Shown here piece by piece: positions 51,834 to 62,517 of a stretch of DNA of 64,000 bases. Position 1 is the stretch's first letter; each line of letters begins with the position of its first letter. Source of the stretch: Flectonema sp. DT1601 (taxonomy: Eukaryota); contig OZ025787.1 in the NCBI GenBank assembly GCA_964019425.1, positions 1,364,001 through 1,428,000 of the forward strand, given 5' to 3'. The position numbers and the translations under genes were made by a program. The notes beneath the pieces were generated by a model, which saw only the letters and a list, made by a program, of their open reading frames with translations, was not told the DNA's origin and did no database searches.

Positions 51834-52625
51834 ATGAGTTACCTCGATGATCACCTAAGCGAGGGGGCAACGATAGCACAACTCTCAGAAATGTTAATAA
51901 AATATGATCCACCAGAATCGATAGAAGCAGAGAGTCCTACCAGTCCAATGAGTCTCACAAGTGGATGTGCAAGCCCGAGTAAAAAGCCTCTAGTACCAAT
52001 GGAACAGAGCAGTGATAGAACTAAAGGAGTGTTGGATGTGAAAGAAGCGTTGGAGAAGTTATTTCCTCCAAAGATTTGTAATGAAGATGGAATGAGTTCT
52101 AAAATTCAAAAAGTTTCAGAAGAACCATCAACACGTCTCGAAATCATAGCCCTTCAGGAACAACTTGAACTTCGCAGCAATCTAAGAAGCACTCGCTCAA
52201 CAGGCGTTTGTATCCAACGAGAAGATCTCTATGGTCAGTGTTTTGAAGAATTAATCCGGCAAGTAACGGTCACATGTCCCGAAAGAGGTATCCTCTTGGG
52301 AAGACTAAAAGACGAAATAGACATGACAATAATAAGCTACAAGGCACTTATTGAAACTATCTGTTCTCTGGGAATGCGTAAAGTTATTCAACGGAAGATA
52401 GCTCAAGAAATAAACAAAGATCACGATCAGCTTGAGTACGAAGTTCAAATTCAACAACGACGGGTTCACGGTCTTCAAGCAAAACTTCACAAAACAAAAA
52501 GAATTATTGAAGACAAGCAAAAATTATTTGAAGCTCAGCATGAAGAAGAAGTCCGATTCATAAAAAAAGGAAATATCCAATTAAATAATGAATTAAAAAG
52601 ATTAACACAAGCAGTTCAGCAGTAG
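51834..52625 (+). CDS. DNALI1: Axonemal inner-arm dynein light intermediate chain p28-like
   Basis: LFPPK...VSEEPSTRLEII.LQEQL...TGVCIQREDLYGQCFEELIRQVTVTCPERGILL.RLKDEI matches the p28 family; C-terminal coiled coil. Confidence 0.88.
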   Translation: MSYLDDHLSEGATIAQLSEMLIKYDPPESIEAESPTSPMSLTSGCASPSKKPLVPMEQSSDRTKGVLDVKEALEKLFPPKICNEDGMSSKIQKVSEEPSTRLEIIALQEQLELRSNLRSTRSTGVCIQREDLYGQCFEELIRQVTVTCPERGILLGRLKDEIDMTIISYKALIETICSLGMRKVIQRKIAQEINKDHDQLEYEVQIQQRRVHGLQAKLHKTKRIIEDKQKLFEAQHEEEVRFIKKGNIQLNNELKRLTQAVQQ

Positions 52626-52784
52626 TTAGTTGTTACCCCACCATCCCCTTTCTCTCTCTTTCTCTACTGCTTATTTTTAGTATTTTTTTTTTATTGATTT
52701 TCTAATCTGAGTAAATAACTAATAAAAAATTATAAAAAAAAAAGTAACAACAATCATTACTAACCAGATAAAACAAAAAAAAAC

Positions 52785-54692
52785 ATGTGGGATGATGATG
52801 ATGTAAGCAGAATAGAATCACAGTACACCAGCTCTAGAAGATTCAGTAAAAATGAAGCCAGCTACATCATTCCGTCAGACATTCGTAATGCGATATCAAA
52901 AATAGAACAGCGACTACAAGTAATGGAGGATAAGGCATCTGATCAAATAAAGATTGATATAAAAGTAATTAGAGACTTCCTTGATGATTTAGAGAAGGCG
53001 AATGTAAACACCGCACGTATATCTGCACACAAAGAAGAGCAATTAATATCATACAAACAACGGGAAGCAGGTGCTAAGAGACGATCAACTATTTCAATTC
53101 AATCGACAACTGAGAAACATTTATTACAAGTACACGAGTTGAAGATTCGAAACACAGAACTTGAAGCAAAGCTCGCAGAACACGTCAAAGTTCTTTCAAT
53201 ACTAAAACGTCCTGGTGGAGGATTCAGTAGTGGTGTTGACATCACTAGAAGCGATTCAAGATCAGCAACACCATCCTACGACAAGGAAGGAACAATAAAA
53301 GTAACAGCGGCATTCGAAGGACGACTTGACAAGTTACGTAAACTTCGTCACAAAAACAATCCAAACAGACAACTAAAAGTACTCCTCTGTCTTTTAGATC
53401 TCTATGATGACTTGAGACGTCTACAACGAGAAAGTAAACAAGCGACAAACGACTGGCTGTCAGATATGAAAGTCTGCATGAGTTCCATTACTGGTAGTTT
53501 ACAGTCTACGATATCTCTTCCTGAAGTAGATATCATAAGAGTCCAACGTCTCTTCACATCAATCGCAAAGAAACTATCGACAGACGAGTCATTCATTGCG
53601 AAATCAACTCTACAACGTGCAGTAGGAGAAACAGCTTGGGGTATGGCAGTGTTGTCACCTCTAGCAGTCGATCGCTATGGAAATGTCGCATGTGAATCTC
53701 TAGTTGCTATACTAAATACTCTCCCAAGAGGTATTGCTGTAGCGTTGATTGATTCCTTAGAAGAACGATCATTAATTATTACATCAGATTCGTACAATTA
53801 CGAGACAGATACTCACTCGAGAGCTAATTCTGCTATTGATCCCGGGTTTCAATTTGGAAAACGAAACAGTGAAACCTCCGTTACTAGTCTAACGATGACT
53901 ACTACAAGACGAAGGAGTACTATCCTCCGAGAACGTAGTTCTCTTTCTGGACCTCCACTTCGTATGAAGAGTATGACTCCAATCGATCACTTAATCAAAT
54001 CAATCTCCACCAGCACATCACTTACCGATGAGACGAAAAATAAATTAGTAAACGTCTTACGTGAATTGCCTAACGAGGGTTCTCTAGTACTCGCAGATGA
54101 TACAGCTATAGAACCGTTTGCACCAAAGAAAAACAGCAAACATAGCTTCAGAAGAAAATCAACAAAGTTAGATCTACGAGAGAGCTGTGCTAACTGTGGT
54201 AAGACACCAGATGTGATTGGCCACACAATGAGATTGTGTCCTTGTCATACTGTTGCGTATTGTGGTGAGAGTTGTCAAATAAATAATTGGGCAAAACATA
54301 GGCCAGTATGCAGCAAAGGGAAGTCAAAGAAGTCAGATGGCAGTGATCGAACCTCTCAACCTCCTGAAATAGCTGACGTACAGTGGAAGAACGGATTAAC
54401 ATGTTGGAACGACTTCATGCTTAAAGATTATTGTAAAGCCTTCGTGGTCGGTCCTATTTTTCAAAAAGATGGCAAAGCCTGTCGCACGATTGGTGTTTCT
54501 TGGGGTAGAGAAACTGCAATAGACGCTATCAAAGCTGCTACTGAAGACTCAAATATTGAACCGGACCTTCTCACTTTTATCTGGCCACCAAAAGGTTTGA
54601 GCTTTACCCAAAGAATGAAGAAGAAAGCATCATTCACAGTCAAAAGGCCATCGGTAGCCAATCCTGATTCAGTCAGCTTCCCTGATCTCTAA
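52785..54692 (+). CDS. MYND zinc-finger protein with N-terminal coiled coils
   Basis: CANCGK.......RLCPCHTVAYCGESCQINNWAKHRPVC. Confidence 0.85.
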   Translation: MWDDDDVSRIESQYTSSRRFSKNEASYIIPSDIRNAISKIEQRLQVMEDKASDQIKIDIKVIRDFLDDLEKANVNTARISAHKEEQLISYKQREAGAKRRSTISIQSTTEKHLLQVHELKIRNTELEAKLAEHVKVLSILKRPGGGFSSGVDITRSDSRSATPSYDKEGTIKVTAAFEGRLDKLRKLRHKNNPNRQLKVLLCLLDLYDDLRRLQRESKQATNDWLSDMKVCMSSITGSLQSTISLPEVDIIRVQRLFTSIAKKLSTDESFIAKSTLQRAVGETAWGMAVLSPLAVDRYGNVACESLVAILNTLPRGIAVALIDSLEERSLIITSDSYNYETDTHSRANSAIDPGFQFGKRNSETSVTSLTMTTTRRRSTILRERSSLSGPPLRMKSMTPIDHLIKSISTSTSLTDETKNKLVNVLRELPNEGSLVLADDTAIEPFAPKKNSKHSFRRKSTKLDLRESCANCGKTPDVIGHTMRLCPCHTVAYCGESCQINNWAKHRPVCSKGKSKKSDGSDRTSQPPEIADVQWKNGLTCWNDFMLKDYCKAFVVGPIFQKDGKACRTIGVSWGRETAIDAIKAATEDSNIEPDLLTFIWPPKGLSFTQRMKKKASFTVKRPSVANPDSVSFPDL

Positions 54693-54983
54693 AAGTACTC
54701 TTTTCGTTATGTTTTGGTTTCTATTTTTGATTCTCACAAGTTGCTGCTTTAACAAGCTGCTGACTACACTTTTACAAGTGATTTACACATCACTACTTTA
54801 CTTGCAAGTGAAATGGTGTGTATTATTATTGCCTTATTGCCTTCAATTGTGATCAAACTGGTCACGTGATGTGTATTTTTATTATAGAACATCTTCTTTT
54901 TGATGAGAAATATTATTATTGTTCAATACTTTATTTATTTATTTATTTATTTTTAAATACCACCATTCAGGATGCAACAGTAA

Positions 54984-57071
54984 ATGGAGCCAACACCAAA
55001 ACAATTACGAAAACGTCCAAAATGGAAGGAAGATGTCAGTGCACCACAGTGTGACGAGGTTGGATGTAGTGTTAAATTTGGTGTCTTAAAAAGAAGACAT
55101 CACTGCAGAGGATGTGGTTACGTTTATTGTGCTGAACACTGCAAGGCTACGCTTGCTATTCCTTTTATGGGATACTACTCGGAAGTTAAAGTTTGTCATA
55201 GTTGTGTAACTCATGGGGTTGAAGATCCTGACAACATCCCTCCTGAAGCACCGAGGAAGGAGAAGAAGGAAAAGAAAAAGAAAGATAAGAAGAGTAAAAA
55301 AGAAAAAAAAGAGAAGAGAAAATCGAAGAAAGCTGCCGCAGAAGAAGTGAGTGAGGAAGCTAATTCAGAGGCAACGGTAAGTCCGAGTGGGGGTCCACCT
55401 CCGGTGCCACCACCACCTGGACCTGGAGCGCCAAGTGGAGGTCCACCTCCTGTTCCTGGGTATGGCGCGCCACCTCCGATTCCTGGACAAGGACCTCCTG
55501 TTGTTGCTGGAGGTCCGCCTCCTATTCCTCCGCCTATTACACCTCCTCCTGTTGGTAGTAGTAATCCTAATCCAGACGTCTTTCATCTCCAACGTCGTAT
55601 TGATGACCTGGAAAACAAACTTCAACAACAACAGCAGCAACTAGCTGGTAAACGAGTTCGTTTCAACGATCCCGACGGCGATCAAATTGAAATATTCAAA
55701 TCCCCATCACACGGAGAACTTCAATATTCAGTCAATGGAGAGAACAGACCTCCATTCTCACGTATGCAGTTTCATGCGGAGGGACCTGCGTTGGAGCTCA
55801 CTGACATCGATAAAGTAATTGTTCTACCAACTGACTGTTATAAGCACATAAGAGATTTAATAGAAATAGCTGCTGAAGTGAACGTTGATATCCCAATGGC
55901 AATGATGAGCTCTTTCTGTACTAGCTGTAAAGGATTGAAATGCAATACACCATTCTGTTGTGTCACAGGAAAGTCACACGGTGATGACAGCTCTCCAGAA
56001 CGTACTCAAAGAGCAGTGGCTGTACCTGCATCTCTTTCAGGAACAGTTCTTCCTCAGTTGGCAGAACTAGAGAAGGCATCAGTTAATATTGGTCCTCCGT
56101 TAGATAATAAACCAGTCTTTGCTGATGGATGGTCAAGTTCTGATGATGATGACAGTGACTGGGAATCACCCTCAAAGGGTCGTGGTGCTATTGTTGCTGC
56201 TCAGCCTCCTGTAGCAACAAATGTTCCATTACCAATTGAAGATGTGCCGTCAAGACCTATTTTACCTTATCAAATACCTCCATCTGATGTAGGAATGCAA
56301 GCACTTCCTGCTGCTCCAACTGTTCCTGTTGAGTCGAATTGTGTGGCGAGTGTTCCTCTCACTCCTCCACCTGATCCGATAGTGGGTAGTTTCAACTCAG
56401 CTGTTCTTAGTATTGATGCGTCCACTACTCCCACTTCTGCACCTGCAAAACCTCCTCCAGGTATAAAGGGAGCAAAAATGGATCCCATGGCTGCAGCAGC
56501 AGCTGGCGCCCGCAACCGCCTTCGCAAGACTTCTGTAGTTAAAAAGTCTGAACCTGCAGTGGTAGAAGAACCAGTTGCTGCCGGACAACATTTGCTGCGG
56601 TCATCGCAGGCACAGATTCCAACCAGTAAGAAATCGCCATCCGTATCACCCGTGAATGAGTCGCTCACAGCACCGCCGGGTCAGCATCTTCTCAAATGTT
56701 CATTTTCGGAATCCTCTTCTGCAGTGAAGAGTTTACCTGAAGATCCTGTTGGTCAACACCTCTTACGATCTATTGACTCCAGTCCTGTAAAGTCTCCTTC
56801 GCAGGAACCGCTTCCACCTGGTCGTCACATGCTGAAGTCATCCTTTGCAGAAAACGAGGAGTCAAAGCCTGAACAACAACAACAACAACATCAACAGCAG
56901 CAACAACAACAACAAGCACATGAGGATCCGGAACCGGCACCAGCAGCGAACACAAAGACGGAAGAGAAAGCTCCTCCAACTGCTAGTAAAGGACCGACAG
57001 GAATGATGAAAAAGAAACTGCTCGCCCGTAGAGCTGCTTCTGAATCCGATGAATCTGAAGACGACTGGTAG
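54984..57071 (+). CDS. FYVE-domain, proline-rich protein with a WH2-like motif and C-terminal central/acidic-Trp segment (putative Arp2/3 activator)
   Basis: WKED, RRHHCRGCG and KVCHSC (FYVE); Lys-rich segment; GGPPPV/IP repeats; MAAAAAGARNRLRKT; C-terminus MMKKKLLARRAASESDESEDDW. Confidence 0.85.
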   Translation: MEPTPKQLRKRPKWKEDVSAPQCDEVGCSVKFGVLKRRHHCRGCGYVYCAEHCKATLAIPFMGYYSEVKVCHSCVTHGVEDPDNIPPEAPRKEKKEKKKKDKKSKKEKKEKRKSKKAAAEEVSEEANSEATVSPSGGPPPVPPPPGPGAPSGGPPPVPGYGAPPPIPGQGPPVVAGGPPPIPPPITPPPVGSSNPNPDVFHLQRRIDDLENKLQQQQQQLAGKRVRFNDPDGDQIEIFKSPSHGELQYSVNGENRPPFSRMQFHAEGPALELTDIDKVIVLPTDCYKHIRDLIEIAAEVNVDIPMAMMSSFCTSCKGLKCNTPFCCVTGKSHGDDSSPERTQRAVAVPASLSGTVLPQLAELEKASVNIGPPLDNKPVFADGWSSSDDDDSDWESPSKGRGAIVAAQPPVATNVPLPIEDVPSRPILPYQIPPSDVGMQALPAAPTVPVESNCVASVPLTPPPDPIVGSFNSAVLSIDASTTPTSAPAKPPPGIKGAKMDPMAAAAAGARNRLRKTSVVKKSEPAVVEEPVAAGQHLLRSSQAQIPTSKKSPSVSPVNESLTAPPGQHLLKCSFSESSSAVKSLPEDPVGQHLLRSIDSSPVKSPSQEPLPPGRHMLKSSFAENEESKPEQQQQQHQQQQQQQQAHEDPEPAPAANTKTEEKAPPTASKGPTGMMKKKLLARRAASESDESEDDW

Positions 57072-57336
57072 ACTGATAAAAGAAGTGATCTGAAACATTT
57101 TTTTATTTGTTTTGTTTTGTTCTATTGACTGCAGGCCTTCGGATGAATCTAAAGCTGCTGCTCAATTCGTTTTAATACACTTCCTGTAATCCTGTTGAAG
57201 CATGCAAAAAGGAATATAAAAAATCCCGACTAGCGATCCTTTGGATTCCACCTCTTCTTAAATGCAACTCATTATTTCTACTTGGTTACCTATTAAAAAA
57301 CTACAAACGATGAGCGTCGCATTTTTTTTTCTTTTC

Positions 57337-57612
57337 CCCCGTTGGTTGCTAACGTCTATTTCTGCTGAGGTTATATTCTTATTCATAATGATGAGAGAGA
57401 ATAGAGGTAAGAGGTATATGGATTACTCTCGAAACCGAAATAGTTACTTATTATGCTAAGTTGCGCATCACCCTTAGTCACTGTATCTAAAACTAATGCT
57501 AAATTATCTTTATGTTTTTATGATGCAACACAGTTGTAATTTTTACAAATCGAACATATATCCCCCCTGTTTGTTGCTAACGTCTATTCCTGCTGAGGAT
57601 TGTATTCTTAAT
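57337..57612. repeat. Local ~45 bp direct repeat (two copies, ~57337-57383 and ~57564-57612)
   Basis: CCCC(T)GTT.GTTGCTAACGTCTATT.CTGCTGAGG..T.TATTCTTA occurs twice. Confidence 0.8.
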
Positions 57613-57884
57613 CTTCGTTCAAAAAGTTGTTATGTTGCCTTAGTGCTTTGAAGGTGATATCTTCTCGCATTTCGGTTTACTTTTGTGAAACCCAGCAAGG
57701 TGGTCTCTCAAATCTCTGGTATTATTCATTGAAAAAAAAAAGGAGACTACTGACTACTACTGTCTTGTGCTTCATCTTCTTTATGTTAATATTCTTTTAA
57801 TTCAGCCCAACGAAAAAAAGTAAAGTGTTATAAATTCAGGAATTGGAGTGTATCTGCTGAAGACTATATATCGATAGCGTCAAG

Positions 57885-57980
57885 GTTTTACGAGCGAAAA
57901 GGAGAATTGTGGCAGCATAACGTTAACACTCTTTACTTTATGGGCTTGTTTCCGGTTGCGCAAACAACGCCGATTCTTTT
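57885..57980. repeat. Dispersed repeat family B, copy 2 (internal ~30 nt indel)
   Basis: High identity to 5833-5955. Confidence 0.85.
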
Positions 57981-58202
57981 TTTTTTCTTTCTTTTCTGTT
58001 CGCTCAATAACGATGCGTGATAAGTCTAACTTAAGACTGCTCGATTCAATTTCCGTGTGACATCCTAATAATACATTCTAATCCGAAGGCAAAGTCACAA
58101 CAGTTTTATTACAGAATATTACGATGGTTAACTGCTTGTCACTTTTAGGTCGTTTAATTTACTACTTTTTTTTTAACTTTTTTTTTCACTCCAGCTGGGA
58201 AC

Positions 58203-58976
58203 ATGACAAGCGAATGGTCATCCCCACCAGGAAGTGTGAGGTTAATATCCGACAGAAAAGCTCGTTTGTATCAGGCGGCCATGCCTGCCTTTGGATGTCA
58301 TATTGGTGAGGTAGTTAGATGTAGGGCTCAGGTAGCATCACGAAAGCGAATGACTGATTTGGGTAGTTCAAAACTACAACACAGATACTCCATTGGGCAG
58401 AGAGTGATTGCTAAAGGATACGGTCAGGGAATTGTATCTTTCGTGGGTGAAACTCCCAGATTAGGTCAAACAGTAGGAGTGACTTTAAGCACGACAGTTG
58501 GTAATTGTGATGGAAGCTTAGATGGAATTCGTTACTTCAATGCTCCCAACCAACAGGGTGTGTTTGTATCAGTTAAAGATGTTGTTCCACCTTGGGGACA
58601 GTTAAATCCAATGCCTCTCTCTCCTTTACTTAATGTTCAGTTGTATGAAGCAACTCACCCACAACCAAAACCTATTCCTGTTCGATATGATGAAAGAACA
58701 GAACGCGCAAATCAGTTTAGAGAAGATCTCAAGAGAGAGAGGCAACGACGATTCTTAAAATTGAATAATCTGAGATACGAAGTAGAACAACGAGGAGTAA
58801 TAATTAGAAAAAGTAATCAGGAGAAGAACAATAATACTTTTGGAGATTGTCAACAGAAGCTTAAGACTCCACCAAGACTTAAATATTTAAGAAGTATTCA
58901 ACCACCTCCTTCTTCTTATCCTTTAGTAACTCCATCGACTCCTCCACCAGCACTTGTGAATTCAAATAATGATTAA
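58203..58976 (+). CDS. CAP-Gly domain protein
   Basis: IGQRV....GQGIVSFVG......VGVTL....GNCDGSLDGIRYF.....QGVFV; the GKNDG motif appears as GNCDG. Confidence 0.88.
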   Translation: MTSEWSSPPGSVRLISDRKARLYQAAMPAFGCHIGEVVRCRAQVASRKRMTDLGSSKLQHRYSIGQRVIAKGYGQGIVSFVGETPRLGQTVGVTLSTTVGNCDGSLDGIRYFNAPNQQGVFVSVKDVVPPWGQLNPMPLSPLLNVQLYEATHPQPKPIPVRYDERTERANQFREDLKRERQRRFLKLNNLRYEVEQRGVIIRKSNQEKNNNTFGDCQQKLKTPPRLKYLRSIQPPPSSYPLVTPSTPPPALVNSNND

Positions 58977-59408
58977 AATCTTGTGGGAAATGTTCTTAAG
59001 ACTTTCGTAGTGCTCTCTTCTTATTAGTTCAGGTTCAAAGTAGTTTTTTTTTACTCAGGTTTTACTTCTTGAGAAAAATCCTCCGTTTTCGTTCTCTAGT
59101 CGCCACTTTTATTTTTACGTTTCTTGTTTTTCGTTTCTTTGCCTGCCAATTGTTTTCGTACCTTCCTCTGTCAAAGTTATCTCATAATACTAAATAGTAT
59201 CATTTACACTCATCTGTGTTTAGCCTAGTTATGTGTGTGAAAGTGAAAAGTATTTTAGGGGATCCGTTGTTCTGTTTTTATAGTAAAAACATAAAAATGA
59301 AATACATCATTTACACATTCTATACTGTTGTTGTTTTGTTGAGTAGTTATTGGGCAACCCCAGATCTTATCATTTCATATATCACATAGAGAGCCACACG
59401 CCCATAAC

Positions 59409-61577
59409 ATGAGATCCCTTCCTTGGGTGCTGCTTGCAGCGACCCTCTGCAGTGCTGACAACACGATTTGCCCGAACTGGGAAACAGACCCTGCCAGTTG
59501 CCTTAAGAAGTACAACGTAGTTTGGAATGACCTGCTTCCTGAACCTAGGGATACTTTCATAAATACAATGCCATTGGGTAATGGAAGACTAACAGCGAAT
59601 GTGTACTCTAATGGAGAAGACTCTGTTAGTTTATTATTTGCAGCAAGTGATGCATGGAATGAAGGATCTGATTTGATAAAAGTTGGGACTGTTACCGTTC
59701 AGTTCGAACCACAACCACCAAAGGGTCACTTCAAGCAGTACATTGACTTAGCCACGGCAACTGTGTTCGTGGAGATGGGAGACTTGCAAGTGTCGATGTA
59801 CATTGATGCGAACAGTAACACTACTGTTGTGGATTACAACAACACGAAGTACACTGCCAAGGCAACTGCCTCGTTGGCTCGTCCTCAAGCTCAGTCTGTC
59901 CAGGGTCAGTTTGAGTGTCAGGCATACAACATCAGTGCTGACGGTAGTGCTGAAAATGGAGCAGCTTTCTACCATCGGAATCAGGGATTCCCTGAACAAG
60001 ATTACTTCAAGAACATGGTCGAAGAACAAAACCTCGGCCCCAAAGCCTACGCATCGATGCCTAACTTGTTAGTAAACAGAACTACTGGTGGGTACATTAC
60101 TACTTCTGGTTCAATGACTCTCATTACGATATTAACAAAACAAACTAACACTGTAGAGGATTGGGTCTCTGCTGTCAAAGCTGAAGTCGTCACTCCGAAT
60201 CAAGAAGGTCACGTGAAGTGGTGGAATTCGTTTTGGCAGCGTTCGTACATTGAGGTTTCTGACTTTAACGTAACATCGAAGTACGTATTGCAGAGATTCC
60301 TGCAAGCATGCCAGGCCAGGTCTCCATTTCCTATGAAATTTAATGGAATGTTGTTCACGGCGACACGTGATTTGGACAAGCGCAATTGGGGTGGTCGCAA
60401 CTGGTGGCAGAACCTCCGTCTTCCGTACTACAACATGTTGTCAACTGGTGACACTGACATGTTGTTCACTCTGTTGGATAGTTTTCATAAAACACTTCCT
60501 CTTGCTAAGGCAAGAACTGAACATTATTTCAACATCACTGGTGCGTACTGGCCGGAATACACTGATGCTCTATTTGGTACTACACACGCTCAGTCATACG
60601 GGTGTGGACGTGCTGGAAAGACTGACCCACCCTACTGGTACAACTCTGATCGTTGGAACCACTACAACGTTCAGGGAAGTTTGGATCTTTCCTTATTTGC
60701 GATTGATTACCTCACTCACACTGGTAAGTCTGGAGAGTACATGGACATCGTTGTTAATGTCTTGGAGTTCTTCGCTCAGTGGAGACCTGCTAGAGATGCT
60801 CAGGGTAAGATGATACTCTTCCCGACCCAATCATGTGAAACTTGGCAATGTCCTGGATATCCTCCAAACCCAGACAATTGTCCAACTAATGACATGCCTA
60901 CAATAGCTGGACTCTACTCTGTTGTGAACAATGTCTTGCTTACTTCATTCGGAACCCCACAGCAGAGGGCTTCTTGGAAGCAATTGTTGGATATTATCCC
61001 TCCACTTCCAGTAAACAGCACGAACTTGTTGCCATGTGAGAAGTGTCCTCATAGAACCAGCAATGTAGAGAACACTGAATTGTATGCTGTTCATCCTTAC
61101 AGATTGTTTACAGCAGGAAGGATGAAGCCGAGTGAGATGACGTTGGCATTCAACGCGATGGACGATCGCAGATTCCGTTCTGATGTTGGATGGAACCAAA
61201 ATGCCATGGACGCCGCACTCTTAGGACGTGCTAAGGATGCTCAGTCGATGGTAGTCGCACGTGCGAGTTACGGTCCAGGTCCTGGTTATCGCTTTCCGGG
61301 TTTCATGCAGAAGTTTCAGGACTACTCTCCTAGTTTAGATCATTTATCTGTTCACAACAATGCTGTGGTGTACATGTTATTACAACAAGATGATTCAATT
61401 ACACACAATGTAACTATTCTTCCTGCATGGCCATGTGACTGGGATGTAACTTTTAAACTCCACGCACCTCTACAGACGATAATCACTGGATCTGTGACTA
61501 ATGGAAAGGTTCAATACAAAGTTTCTCCTGACTCTAGGGCTCCATTTGTACACGCTGCTCCTTGTCAGCAGAAGTAA
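59409..61577 (+). CDS. Secreted glycoside hydrolase-like protein (GH95-like / DUF5703, alpha/alpha barrel), copy 1
   Basis: Signal peptide; TMPLGNG, H.KWWNSFWQRSYI, KFNGMLF, WGG.NWWQNLRLPY, SNVENTELYAVHPYR, GWNQ and MLLQ...ILPAWPCDWDV.FKLHAP resemble bacterial GH95/DUF5703 proteins. Confidence 0.8.
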   Translation: MRSLPWVLLAATLCSADNTICPNWETDPASCLKKYNVVWNDLLPEPRDTFINTMPLGNGRLTANVYSNGEDSVSLLFAASDAWNEGSDLIKVGTVTVQFEPQPPKGHFKQYIDLATATVFVEMGDLQVSMYIDANSNTTVVDYNNTKYTAKATASLARPQAQSVQGQFECQAYNISADGSAENGAAFYHRNQGFPEQDYFKNMVEEQNLGPKAYASMPNLLVNRTTGGYITTSGSMTLITILTKQTNTVEDWVSAVKAEVVTPNQEGHVKWWNSFWQRSYIEVSDFNVTSKYVLQRFLQACQARSPFPMKFNGMLFTATRDLDKRNWGGRNWWQNLRLPYYNMLSTGDTDMLFTLLDSFHKTLPLAKARTEHYFNITGAYWPEYTDALFGTTHAQSYGCGRAGKTDPPYWYNSDRWNHYNVQGSLDLSLFAIDYLTHTGKSGEYMDIVVNVLEFFAQWRPARDAQGKMILFPTQSCETWQCPGYPPNPDNCPTNDMPTIAGLYSVVNNVLLTSFGTPQQRASWKQLLDIIPPLPVNSTNLLPCEKCPHRTSNVENTELYAVHPYRLFTAGRMKPSEMTLAFNAMDDRRFRSDVGWNQNAMDAALLGRAKDAQSMVVARASYGPGPGYRFPGFMQKFQDYSPSLDHLSVHNNAVVYMLLQQDDSITHNVTILPAWPCDWDVTFKLHAPLQTIITGSVTNGKVQYKVSPDSRAPFVHAAPCQQK

Positions 61578-62517
61578 GGTAAAGTTGGTATCAGTGAGCA
61601 CTCAGCTGGGAAATCTCTAATTTGATTTGAATTTGAGGACAAGATAAGAAAAACATAATATTATTGTAAACTTTTGTTTCATTCCTTCAAAACAATGGAT
61701 CTGTAGGTATTAAAGGGAGAAAAAAATTACTTTTATACTTACATTTTAAACTCACTCGCTCACATCAGTCCAATATTTGACTTTTTTTATTTTTTTTTTT
61801 TCGGGTAAGATTTTGGGGGAGGCGCCTATAAAAGTATTCTCCGCAAGACTTTAAGAAAGAGCCAGTGATGTATCAGAAAGTTGATGTATTTACAAAAGAC
61901 CTCTTTCTCTTCATTATGAGTATAAAATATAATTTTGCTCTTTTCTTTTAAAGTGATTTTGTGAGCAACTTGTTTTATTTTTTGGTGTTGTTTCCCCTGA
62001 GCAAGACATGACGAATTATGGGAGATTTTCATGAGACAAAAAAGTAATCGTAGCTTTTGATTCTTGGATGACCCTGTGTTTCACTCCCCCATCGCAAGTC
62101 GTATTCCCAACTTCAAACGTTTTTTTTTCAATTGTGTTTAATTTCTTTTTTTTTAACTCTTTTCGTCTTACGCAAGATGAGAAAACAATTTTCCGAGAGC
62201 TTTGATTCTCCAAGAGGTCAACTCTATTTTCTTATTATACGTTTTGTGGTTTAATTAATAATAGCGTACCTCTCACTGAGGTGGTGCTGTTTCCAACTGT
62301 CGTGATAGTGGATGAGTTTCTTCTACTAATTTTGTTCGTGTAGAAGTACTCAATAATACGTCACATTGCTTACTATGAATAATATTTATATAATGTTCGT
62401 CATCATTCATATCTTTCATTCATTTTATCAGAAGGAAATGACCGATGGCTTCACTAAACTGTTTGACAAGTATTCAGTAGTACACTACCACTTTAATCAT
62501 AGTCACACGACCATAAC

